From contig NW_019091360.1 of the NCBI RefSeq assembly GCF_001949145.1, positions 1,547,599 through 1,611,598 on the forward strand: a stretch of 64,000 bases of DNA, in the 5' to 3' direction. The stretch's first letter is position 1. Every line of letters begins with the position of its first letter. The translations under genes and the position numbers were made by a program. This stretch comes from Acanthaster planci. Lineage: Eukaryota. Below are positions 39,401 through 48,577 of the stretch, in pieces. The notes under the pieces are model-generated. The model was not told the origin of the DNA, made no database searches, and was given only the letters and a program-made list of their open reading frames with translations.

Positions 39401-40800
39401 GATTAAAATTCTTATTCGTAAAACACCTTACTTATGAAAAATGCAAATCAGATATAATGTAACATTTTTCCACAGATTTTGTTTATCAGTTTTTACCACG
39501 GTGTTTTATAAAACACCCTTCTTACCAAAGAAACACTCTAGCCGTAACCGCAGTATGTTCCATACGAGTCAAACTGATATCTCCCTTTTAATGGACAGTG
39601 GTGCACACTGCGCTTACCACGTGATGTTGTGGCAAACTCATCATCACCCGATTAAAGTGAACTTTAATGTAACCCATTGGTTGAATTGCATTCAACTATA
39701 TGACAGTACTTGCGTCATACTCCCAGTCATGTATGAGAGAGTTCATGAAAGATGAGTCAACGTTTCCTTTCAAACTGGAAGTATTTCAAACAAGTTGGTA
39801 GTGCCATCAGCTGTTCAACCCGCAATAAAAATTTTTTGAGTTGAGCCTTTAGGAGTTTTTAGAGTTAAACTTCACTGTCATTTTGCAAATCAAACTTACC
39901 GTTCTTGTGCAAATGTGCATTTTTCTGAGACAAATCAGCCAAAAATGTGTAATTTTTTCTGTTGGGGTGCTCAGTGCAAGCGGACTGGCACGCATGTAGC
40001 CTTGAACTTCACATGACCGCAACTACAAAATCATACGTCTGATTGAATTCAAACTTCTCATTTGTAATCATATTAGCAGTGTTTCAAAGCCAAGTTTCAA
40101 AACAGTTGATTATGGCACAGCCTAGTTCTGGGGGGGGGGTTGAAATCTGCTTGATCTAGAAGTTGTGATGTACACAATTAAGAAATTTTCTGAAATTTTT
40201 TCCCAGCAATGTACTTCGATTTTTGCTAAATTTTTGGCTCCGTGATTTCATATTCAGACAACTTTATTCAAGTTAGGATTGTCTGTCCGATTTCCAGCAA
40301 GACCTTGCTGAGCCTATTGATTGTAAAATGTACTTTCTTTAATTTATGTATTTTGTCGCGTTCATCAGTCATTCCACTGTTCCTAAAAATAACATAAAAT
40401 AGAGCACATTTATAAATTTGTGTTATGATAAAGTTTCGACCCTATGACAACCCTATTAAAGATACATGTCTCAAGAGTAGCCAGTGACTAAGAATTTTGT
40501 TGTCACCAACAGACCTACTGTGCCAAGGAGTGTCCACCCGACTACCCCTATGATGACCGCAAGTCCCATTGCGTGGCCAGCTGCCCAGAGAACCAGTATG
40601 TGAACAAGGCGACCAATGTCTGCATGGCCTGCCACCAGCAGTGCCTGGGCGGCTGCTTCAATGACCAGCGCAGCTCCTGCTTCCAGTGTCGCAACGTCAG
40701 GCATGGCCCAGACTGCCTGGAGAAGTGCCCCCCTGGCTACATGAACAACAGTGGCATATGCATTGTAGACCCCTCTGGCGTGGTTCCCCATATGCCATAG
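15309..40800 (+). CDS. EGFR/ErbB-family ectodomain-only protein (predicted secreted), 18 coding exons, 846 aa
   Basis: Exons join in frame through canonical GT-AG introns (2541 nt including stop): signal peptide, L1, furin-like CR1, L2, CR2, additional furin-like repeats, then TAG. No transmembrane or kinase exon found downstream. Confidence 0.9.
15940..16330 (-). repeat. Repeat family A, copy 3 (inverted)
   Basis: Reverse complement matches 4790-5100 (for example caagcgtcaattcc.ttctcagaaatgt). Confidence 0.75.
18872..18946 (+). CDS. EGFR-like gene 1 exon 2 (start of L1)
   Basis: VCIGNAGSTFLDSDFTYQSLKERFE; tgtag acceptor, gtatgc donor. Confidence 0.88.
19680..20440. mobile_element. Foldback/MITE with ~190-bp TIRs, containing a second inverted-repeat element (~20010-20250)
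   Basis: 19680-19865 is the reverse complement of 20260-20440 (ggtgtcacttt...tttcacaaggaggca.atgtctttcagtaa); inner pair gaaact.gggacaagac..tttagagtgaaa. Confidence 0.8.
20445..20598. mobile_element. Palindromic MITE; partial second copy at 6059-6134
   Basis: ttcacaatagtgcgcc.ccaagagtttgcaa...ttgcaaactcttggtggcgcactattgtgaa, with arms of about 65 bp. Confidence 0.8.
21101..21364 (+). CDS. EGFR-like gene 1 exon 3 (L1)
   Basis: GCTHVEGNLEM...FLNDIQEVTGYILI...PNLRVIQG...GLRELHLPKLH. Confidence 0.95.
21895..22023 (+). CDS. EGFR-like gene 1 exon 4
   Basis: EIVQGEVTFVDNRDLCYIQTIDWGDM... Confidence 0.93.
23082..23332. mobile_element. MITE family B (related copies at ~20815-20985 and ~42098-42295)
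   Basis: Shared taccaggtgaattgc.taa...gttg.gca and the inverted counterpart ggcgat.cacc.tggtacc. Confidence 0.65.
23460..23758 (-). mobile_element. tRNA-derived SINE, copy A
   Basis: A-box (gtggcctagcag) and B-box (ggttcgaatcc) followed by a body shared with 40900 and 55133 (tgtgcctctc.ccac...tgtgagggcaga...agggagct). Confidence 0.75.
24163..24228 (+). CDS. EGFR-like gene 1 exon 5 (CR1)
   Basis: EHVCAPNCPGGCWGSGPDMCQV. Confidence 0.92.
24672..24790 (+). CDS. EGFR-like gene 1 exon 6
   Basis: LTRKNCSEICDYRCRGPTQADCCHRSCAAGCTGPSNKECL. Confidence 0.95.
25454..25595 (+). CDS. EGFR-like gene 1 exon 7 (dimerization arm)
   Basis: ACLKFTMDDQCIEACPPRTVYQPDTFQNKPNPDFRYAYGKTCLTKCP. Confidence 0.95.
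26150..26313. repeat. Long imperfect palindrome (likely non-autonomous DNA element)
   Basis: gaggtt...gttgatgttagttcccc...ttgggagatgacaaact mirrors agtttgtcaactcccaa...ggggagctaacatcaac...aacctc. Confidence 0.7.
27799..27912 (+). CDS. EGFR-like gene 1 exon 8
   Basis: DNAFEEGDTCVHSCSPG...KCVKCDGPCPK. Confidence 0.92.
29212..29323 (+). CDS. EGFR-like gene 1 exon 9 (start of L2)
   Basis: VCDGTEEILYREHFDNGLLSNCTVIRRNIFIGTSSFDG; phase 1 to 2 fits both neighbours. Confidence 0.88.
29811..29975 (+). CDS. EGFR-like gene 1 exon 10 (L2)
   Basis: DVFLGKQGITVELLEQLSTVQEVGGHVTIQGSHEQFTNLTFLRNLKKIYGQQLY. Confidence 0.93.
31541..31734 (+). CDS. EGFR-like gene 1 exon 11
   Basis: NSALYILSSSVQSLNLISLQRIESGDVNIKLNPQLCYA...NRDLIDC. 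Confidence 0.93.
32474..32606 (+). CDS. EGFR-like gene 1 exon 12 (CR2)
   Basis: [40 protein letters not shown]; an alternative in-frame acceptor lies 6 nt downstream. Confidence 0.93.
33763..33847 (+). CDS. EGFR-like gene 1 exon 13
   Basis: YAASEGTDHTPTICAHCDPECKGGCGGP. Confidence 0.9.
34985..35430 (+). repeat. Degenerate minisatellite (~12-bp unit gtcttgtgactg, ~24-bp higher order)
   Basis: Repeated gtcttgtga(c/a)tggtc and ggacttctgtct units in intron 13 of EGFR-like gene 1. Confidence 0.85.
35563..35696 (+). CDS. EGFR-like gene 1 exon 14
   Basis: GPRNCTECLHVKDGPFCRKECPISKYPDEDGVCQPCHRNCVMEK. Confidence 0.93.
36668..36752 (+). CDS. EGFR-like gene 1 exon 15
   Basis: CTGPGNALGQGGCVACHQALIDQNGVTV. 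Confidence 0.9.
37427..37519 (+). CDS. EGFR-like gene 1 exon 16
   Basis: LECMPNGAPCSNDSFSFRVGESNILRLLGYS; acctag acceptor, gtgagt donor, phase 0 to 0. Confidence 0.8.
39005..39253 (+). CDS. EGFR-like gene 1 exon 17 (extra Cys-rich domain)
   Basis: DGQLCQMCDHNCLGCYGAGPSSCRICKKYKREQECADEC...CHRECRTC...CIRCRHF. Confidence 0.93.
40513..40800 (+). CDS. EGFR-like gene 1 exon 18 (furin-like repeats and stop)
   Basis: TYCAKECPPDYP...CMACHQQCLGGC...CLEKCPPGYMNNSGICIVDPSGVVPHMP*; TAG directly followed by gtgaat. Confidence 0.9.
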   Translation, partial: TYCAKECPPDYPYDDRKSHCVASCPENQYVNKATNVCMACHQQCLGGCFNDQRSSCFQCRNVRHGPDCLEKCPPGYMNNSGICIVDPSGVVPHMP

Positions 40801-40899
40801 GTGAATGGCGCATAATTTGTAAAAGATTTCTTCCCTTTTCTCTTGTCCAGTTTCTTGGAGTTATTCACCCTTTCAACTCTTTTACATGTACATGTTAAG

Positions 40900-41195
40900 G
40901 GGAAAGCAGTCTTGTGGTTGGGGTTTGTAGCTTCCGATCATATGGTCGGAGGTTCGAATCCCAACTGCTTACATGTTGTAAGTTTGGTCAAGCCACTTTA
41001 CCCCTATGTGCCTCTCCCCACTCAGGATTAAAGGGGTGCATGTGAGGGCAGAGATGGTCATTATGCTCAGCATTTTGCACAAAATGACAACATTGGGCTA
41101 GTATGCTCCCTACAGTCCCTAGGGAGCTGAAATTGTCTCAAGAATGTTCAGATAATGTGAGCCCAGTCAGCAGGGATAATATATCAGTGCCTTTG
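40900..41195 (+). mobile_element. tRNA-derived SINE, copy B
   Basis: ggtcggaggttcgaatccc B-box and a body matching copy A. Confidence 0.75.
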
Positions 41196-41366
41196 AATGA
41201 TGCTGATTCATTTTGGGGCATACACTGAGTATACATTGTTAAGTACACGTCGAGCAGGGCAAAATCCAAAATTAATTTACATCTCCCTGGTGCAAATCCA
41301 TCTTTGAAATAGTTGTTTGCAGTACCCACTGCTACATCCAATTCGAACCAGCCAGCCGACACCGGC

Positions 41367-41438
41367 AAGCTTGGTGATTGAGTGGTTAAGACTCTGCACT
41401 AGTAAACAGGAGATCGTGGGTTCGAGTCTTACCTGAGT
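41367..41438 (+). pseudogene. tRNA-Thr(AGT)-derived pseudogene or repeat head
   Basis: ctagtaaacaggagatc.tgggttcga matches the anticodon-to-T-arm segment of eukaryotic tRNA-Thr(AGT); anticodon and acceptor stems do not pair well. Confidence 0.6.
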
Positions 41439-44019
41439 ACACTTGTAGATTTTTTTCACAAGCCTGAGTATACAATGCTATATTATTAAGTTAGGTTTGG
41501 TTCTGCTTTATCCCTCCAGATCCTTGAGAATCCATCAGGAAGTTTTTGAGGTTTTGCAAGAATGAAGGAAATTTTGTGGTGAAGCAGTTACTAGCAACTA
41601 GATCTTAAAGATGCTTGTCCAACAATTGTGCCTTGCTACGTTACACAGGTTGTGAAAAGCTCCATTTACCCTAATTCTAAAGGCATGCCGCAAATCACAT
41701 AGAATGGTCAGTGCTATGAAGAATCTAACTACATGCTTGCAGTAGAATCGTATATCTGTATTAGCTGAAACGTTATCAATTGTAAAGATGGAGATTTAGC
41801 CAGACATTTACATCAAAGAGATATGAGATTTTATTCATGAAATTTTGTGAAACCAAATTGCTGGTTTGCTCTTCAATACGTATTGAGCATTTGGCGTTAG
41901 GGGCCAAAATGGAATTTTTTCACCCTACAGTTCAGTCATTTTTCAAAAGTGTCAAACCTTTGTACCTCGCAAGACTTTTAGAAGAATTTTAAACTAAAGT
42001 TCATTGAAATGTAAACTTTTTACTATGATTATTCAGAATTTGATAGAAGGGAAAGTGAATTAATTTCACTGTAAAAGCACTTTTGGCCTACACAAGATAC
42101 CAGGTGAATTGCTTAATTAACTGTTGGGCATAGAGATCATAACACTTGAACCATAAGTGATAGTACAAATGACATTTTCTTCAACCGTTGGGTAAAATGA
42201 GACAAGTTTGCCCATGTTGTAGGAAATTACACAGTTGGGTAGTTTGTTTGCCCAACAATCAGGCGATTCACCAGGTACCCGGCATTGGGCCCAAAAACAT
42301 GCCCATCATTTTGACAGTGTTTGTTTTCTGTGAACTCAGTAAGCAGTGCTGTCTCATCAGCTTAAAAATCTGATCATTAGTGTGGCATAGGCCCTTTGTC
42401 TAAGAAAAGTATTTACTTGTCATTCCTCTATGTCATTGATTCGTAAATTTGTTATAATAATGGTCATTTGTTTACTTGATTTTTGAATTTTTATTTTCAA
42501 ATCGAAAAACAAATGACGGACACAAACAGACCGTCCGGCCTTGCAAACCCCAAAAGCGAAAAGATAGCAGGAGGGGGAGCCTTTTACATGTTGGCAATGA
42601 AGGTATATCTTGCTCACAACCGCAAGCTTGCATGCCCCTTAACCTTGCATCAAACGGAAAGTTTTGTTCTCCATCTGGGCCGACGGAAGGCTTAAAATAA
42701 TCTCAACATAATGCATCTCGATTGTGTGTCTTAACACAAAGATGGGGATGGTCCAATGGCAGGATGGCTGGGTGACCACTGCTACCATGATTGTGCATCG
42801 ATGCCGGGGCTACCCAAGTGGGTGTTCATCGTCTGTGCTCATGAATGACATGAGAAGAGAGATAACTGGAACACGTTGTGATAATCATGTACATGTTTAT
42901 CAGTTAATGTTCTTGTATGAAGCATGCCAAGGAGTTTTATTGTATCACTGTAAATTTATCAGTGTTGAACGACATTCAAAACACAGAATTTTCATGATTT
43001 GAGACGATCAGTTTGGAAAGCAATCATGCTATCGAAAGGAAAGGTACATTGTTTTTTCAAACTTTCGCATGTAATCTGAAATGATCAAGCTCACAGGGCA
43101 CTAATGAAGTAAGCGCTCTGAAATATGTTTAAAGTTATAACTTCAGCTGCAATTGGTCCATGTACGAGTGTCATAATGTCTCAGTTCAAAAGCCTCTTCA
43201 CAGGACTTGGGAGCTTTGATCTTTTATGCCAGGCCGCGAAAGCATGGAGCGTTGCTTCTTTGGGTTAATCATCCTTGTACGGCATGTGTTTTGAATTTCA
43301 AAGTGATATATTCTCATTTTCGTGTGAAAGCTCTTGGCAGAGTGTGCATTGTGCATTTCAAACCGACAAATTTGCAGATAATTCTCAATTTGTAAGATCC
43401 CATCAATGTACAAAACAACTCGGAACAAACGAAAGGTGAGTGATCTTTTATTGGTGCGAATCCAAGAAGGAAAAGAGGACTGCTGTAAGGACAATCCACA
43501 AACATGCTCAGATGATTCTAAGTCCTGCTAAATAAATGCTATAATTAGTTATCTCTGCTATATGATGCTGCAGCTGAGTAGTATTTTTGTTTTCAGCGAA
43601 TCAATACAGTTTGCGACATTTATTCAGTGTTGTGTGCAACTTTGTAAGTCATATCTTAATTCAATAAACTCGCCTGCAAAAATTGATTCCGTAGTTGTGC
43701 CGACATCAATAGTTGGTCTTCCAGTTGAATAAGTGAGTCAAAGCTGGGAACAAATGTATGGCGGTAACAAGAAATTAAATCGTTCACCAATGACATTTGG
43801 TGGCATCATAATGTATGGAAATAGAGCAACATGAAAAAACAGCAATAAAAGTGACAATAGCGCCAGAAAAATTACCAATGACAGTAACGACACCAGCAGC
43901 GAAATCAGTGACTACAGTAAAAAAGCAACTATGGTGACTGTGAAAATTAAAGGGATTATGTAATTTTCTTCACCTCTTGAATGCACACCTTTTGTGTTTC
44001 ATTTAGCCTTATTTACACT

Positions 44020-44335
44020 TTTTGTATTGCTTTTTATCATGTATTTAGGTCCTTTGGGATTTTTATTTATGCTAATACAACTTCACATATGAGCAAAATT
44101 GTAGGGCACTGTATTTCATTGATCTGTACACAAAAACTGCTGGAATTTTTATAATTTGCTGTTTGGAAAATTTCATTCCTTAGGCTTTTTTGGGGTTTCA
44201 AAGATATTTGGCAATGAGCCAACAACCTTTAGTCAAATGTTTTCATGGAGCAAAATTGGGGTTCAACATTTGTGCATAAAACAGTAAATTAAATGCCTTC
44301 CCTGATTTACTTCACAGCGACAGCGCCCTCACTCC
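44020..44335 (+). repeat. Repeat family A, diverged copy 4
   Basis: tatgctaat...atgagcaaaa...cagcgacagcgccctca. Confidence 0.55.
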
Positions 44336-45161
44336 GCTGGAAAAGTTTGGGCGTGTAATGCTTGGGAGCTTGGAATTTGCACAGTTGCAAAATACATGTA
44401 GGATGAAAAGAGTAACTGGTGGTTATAATCCTCCCTTTTGAAAGGTTTTGCTATCACTGATGAAATAGACTTATGGAAGAGGTCTTACGCACGGCATTGT
44501 TACTTGTTACTGGTCCATTAAACCCAACCCCATTGTTTTCTGACCAACCACAGCAATGAGTTAAAGTCCAACATGCGTACACGCGCGCGTATTATGAAGT
44601 GCGCGCCTGGAACCCGCGGTGTGGCATTGGAGAAGAGCACGTGCTAAGTATTCACGTGTACAGTGGACGGAGCTTACTGGATAGGTTATTGGTTCAAAGT
44701 CCGAATATTCCCAGTGACTACCAGGGCCAGAAACCGACTTCAAACTTTGTGGAAAGCTTGCTCGGGCAAACACTTCCATTGTGTGCATTTTTTGTATATT
44801 TTCCTCCACTGAAGTGTTGCCAGAGGTACCTTTAAGTTATTTACTTTTACATCATTGCCTGGTTTGTACATTTACAAAAACCTACGCAGCGTCAAAAGTG
44901 CAAAATGTTTCAAATTCGGAAGAACTAATGAATTAACAATTGTAGGTGACTAAAGTAGGCCTATATTATACCGGTAAAAGGAAAAAGAAATCAACGCATC
45001 GATCGTTAATTTCCCAAGGACAGTGTATACTTGAGTAACAACTTGTTAGAGAAACTACCCGCGGTGCTGTAATTTCGAAATTCTACTCGCCATGGCCGAA
45101 GATGACAAAGGAAATATTCAACCATGGGCGTTGCGACGGGCGGTGGCGTAACTACTGGGAA

Positions 45162-45459
45162 CAGTGGCGTATCCAGCGGGGGGGGGGGGCTCCCCCTCCA
45201 CGGAAATTTTTACGGATCTTTTGGTTTGTTTGTTTTAATAATGGGTGAGTAGGAAAGAAAGTAGGGCCTCTTCGGTATATTTATTTATCAAAATAGAACC
45301 AAAATCCCAAGAAAACGACATCAAATATAAGCAAGGATGTCGGGACAGGACAGTGAGTAAGGCTTTTTATTTTTTTTCTCCACAACATCCTGTCGAATGA
45401 GCCCGAAGACGCATTCGCTGTTGGATTCCCCCCCGACCCGGAAGCTGGATACGCCGCTG
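45162..45459. mobile_element. MITE with CAGTGGCGTATCCAGC TIRs
   Basis: cagtggcgtatccagc ... gctggatacgccgctg (16 bp, one mismatch); no clear TSD. Confidence 0.7.
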
Positions 45460-45470
45460 ACGGCGTCCCC

Positions 45471-46111
45471 NNNNNNNNNNNNNNNNNNNNNNNNNNNNNN
45501 NNNNNNNNNNNNNNNNNNNNNNNNNNNNNNNNNNNNNNNNNNNNNNNNNNNNNNNNNNNNNNNNNNNNNNNNNNNNNNNNNNNNNNNNNNNNNNNNNNNN
45601 NNNNNNNNNNNNNNNNNNNNNNNNNNNNNNNNNNNNNNNNNNNNNNNNNNNNNNNNNNNNNNNNNNNNNNNNNNNNNNNNNNNNNNNNNNNNNNNNNNNN
45701 NNNNNNNNNNNNNNNNNNNNNNNNNNNNNNNNNNNNNNNNNNNNNNNNNNNNNNNNNNNNNNNNNNNNNNNNNNNNNNNNNNNNNNNNNNNNNNNNNNNN
45801 NNNNNNNNNNNNNNNNNNNNNNNNNNNNNNNNNNNNNNNNNNNNNNNNNNNNNNNNNNNNNNNNNNNNNNNNNNNNNNNNNNNNNNNNNNNNNNNNNNNN
45901 NNNNNNNNNNNNNNNNNNNNNNNNNNNNNNNNNNNNNNNNNNNNNNNNNNNNNNNNNNNNNNNNNNNNNNNNNNNNNNNNNNNNNNNNNNNNNNNNNNNN
46001 NNNNNNNNNNNNNNNNNNNNNNNNNNNNNNNNNNNNNNNNNNNNNNNNNNNNNNNNNNNNNNNNNNNNNNNNNNNNNNNNNNNNNNNNNNNNNNNNNNNN
46101 NNNNNNNNNNN
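45471..46111. other. Assembly gap
   Basis: Run of N between the two EGFR-like genes. Confidence 1.
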
Positions 46112-46409
46112 NCAGCGGATGTCCTCGCCCCCCCCCCCCCGTTGCTCCCATTTGAAATCTTTGACTGTCCGTTGCGTTTATATAGCTATGAAGCTGCGGC
46201 TTGTTTTCTTGTGGTTCCCCTTAAAAAATGTGCATCCCGAGGGCTGCCAGACATTTAGCCCGAGTTACGCCACTGCCGGCGGGGAAAGGGGACCCGCGAG
46301 GTCAGCGAAAAATCATATTTAAAAAAAAATTGAAGGGGATGAAAATCACCGATATTCTTAATCACCTGAGGAGATATAGAATTAAAATGTATGCGTTACT
46401 CTGTAACCA

Positions 46410-46725
46410 TGGAGATAATTTGATATTTTTATGCCTTTTTTACTTATATGCTAGCGGATGCTTCTTTAGTCAAGAACAAAATTGTGATGTCATTCTTTAC
46501 CAAAAAGTCGATCTTATATTGATGTCTTCACCGAAAACCTGTTCTTTTTCTTGCTGACTAACATTTCCTTTACTTTAGTGCTTGATTTTTTAGTATGTAT
46601 GTGGCAGCAAATTAACGTCCATTACTTTCTCAGAAATGTTAAAGCACGATCGGAACAACAAATCCATGGTGAACATTCTTCCCTAATTGACATCACGTTA
46701 ACAGCGCCCTCAGTTGCCCCAAAGC
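46410..46725 (+). repeat. Repeat family A, diverged copy 5
   Basis: tatgcta...aattgtgatgtcatt...ttctcagaaatgtt...acagcgccctcagttgccc. Confidence 0.6.
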
Positions 46726-48483
46726 GTGAAAATTTTGAAATGTACCATTAAGGTCGTCTTCCCGTAAACCTAACCCTAAAAGAGCCAAATTGTTTTGGAT
46801 TAATATCTTGTGGATCCGGGGTGAGTTCCAGCCGTCCCACTTCCGTTTAAAAAAATGACATTGATGTAAAATACTCCCCGTCGGTACAAATGCAGAGTTT
46901 CAGCCTAATCTGGCACTGTTTTGTTCTTACGATCATTTATAGTCACTGGAAGGCCACACTTATGTCAACATGTGTGCCTTGAGCACGGAAATGGGTACAA
47001 AAACTACAATGACATATGCCATTTTTTAAAACGGTCAAGGATGTCAAAGTGACCGCAGAGAGTGTTCAAGAAAAAAAAACAACTAAAGGCTCATCTTGTA
47101 AAAAAGTGCGTTGTGGCGATATCGGTGAAATTTTGTTGGAAGGGGTGGAACTCGCCCCACTCGCCAAGGGTTAACCCAAAAAGGATGTTTAATAACCTCC
47201 AAACTTTGAAAGAGATAGGGCTGAGTCAATTCGAACAATTCACCATTCGAATATACGACCTTCTATTTGATCGAATATTCGAATATTCGATCGCACCGAC
47301 CGGCAGATTGTTGATGAACAAATTAGCAAAAAACGACTAGGGCGTGGAGGCCATTCGTTTGACCCAAGGATATCACTTGCTTGAATTCATACAGGGAAAT
47401 GTCAAGTGTATTCGGAAAGTCGATTTCATTTTCATAAATAGGATTTTCACATTTATTAGCAAACATTTCTGTGAATGCAGTTTGTGGCTAAAACCAACTT
47501 GTGCGTGCCGAGACAATGAGATTGTCGAATCGAGGGCATCATTCGAGGAACATTAATCAAACATAGAAGCGGAAACTGTACACCGTGAGAATACATCAAT
47601 TGTAAAGAAGACGAATTAGATATAGGGAATAAATCAAGTTTACATTAATCAGTTATCGTTGGAAATGATTCTTGATTGAAAATGCTAATCACTTTGTGAC
47701 GTTTTGTTCTGTCGTTGAGATTGTAAATAAACAAAGGCAAAATAGAAGCAATCTTAAAGAAGTGAGAAATTACTGAATGAATTGTATTGGCATTTTTTTC
47801 TTCTAAGACTGGTCAACTGTCTTGTGACATTGCAGATAAATTGTCCAGACTTTCATGAAAAATGTTGCGCAAGCCTTATACAGCCAAGGCAGCGATCTAG
47901 AGGGAGGAGGAAATCCCCCAAAGGAGCCCTAATTTTGTTTTTATTATTTATTTAATTTCCCACATTCCTCAAAGGGTGTAAACAGCCCCAAATGTAGCCT
48001 GACCCGTCAGAAGAGGCATAAAGCCCCCAGCACGCCCCCCACCACCACCACCACTGGAAACTTGGTTCCAGATCCGGCCTTAATTGTTTACGGCACCACC
48101 AAATCGCTCTTTGGTACTGATACATATATAAATTGGATTGGTGAGGAAAAGAGTGGGTCCTTCACGCTACAGCCCGCCCTCTGTGTCATCTGTTTAGCTT
48201 TAATAGAACTTAGAAGGGGGGAGTTTCCTGGAAGTTGATGACTGATGTTCTACCAGTCTAATACATGATTACTCAACCATAACGATAACGAGCGCGGGGC
48301 ACCAGTCGTCATCTGCTGAATCACCACGCACGCTCGGCACGTCAAACAAACTTCATACAACTTTTGTAAGCTGCATGCAGATTTCCGGTAGTAGTAGTAA
48401 TTCTTCGCGTACACAGAGGACGTCTGCTTTCCTGAAACCTGGAACTCTTGAACTACTTATTTTGACTGTATTCTGACGAGAAG

Positions 48484-48577
48484 ATGACGACGACGTACTC
48501 TTTTATATTCCTGCTTCTGTGTGGATTAGGTATTGGAAGGACTGCTGGACAGACGACTGGAATAAATCACGAAAAGG
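48484..48577 (+). CDS. EGFR-like gene 2 exon 1 (signal peptide); remainder not in window
   Basis: MTTTYSFIFLLLCGLGIGRTAGQTTGINHEK, G|gtaagt; same 94-nt length and phase as gene 1 exon 1, 79/94 nt identical. Confidence 0.8.

Noticed and set aside
45321..46155. Long ORFs of 252-276 aa
   Set aside because: Artefacts of the N gap.
40801..48400. Search for transmembrane or tyrosine kinase exons of gene 1
   Set aside because: No hydrophobic helix followed by basic residues, and no GxGxFG, HRDLAARN or DFG motifs found by eye; the region is repeats and AT-rich sequence.
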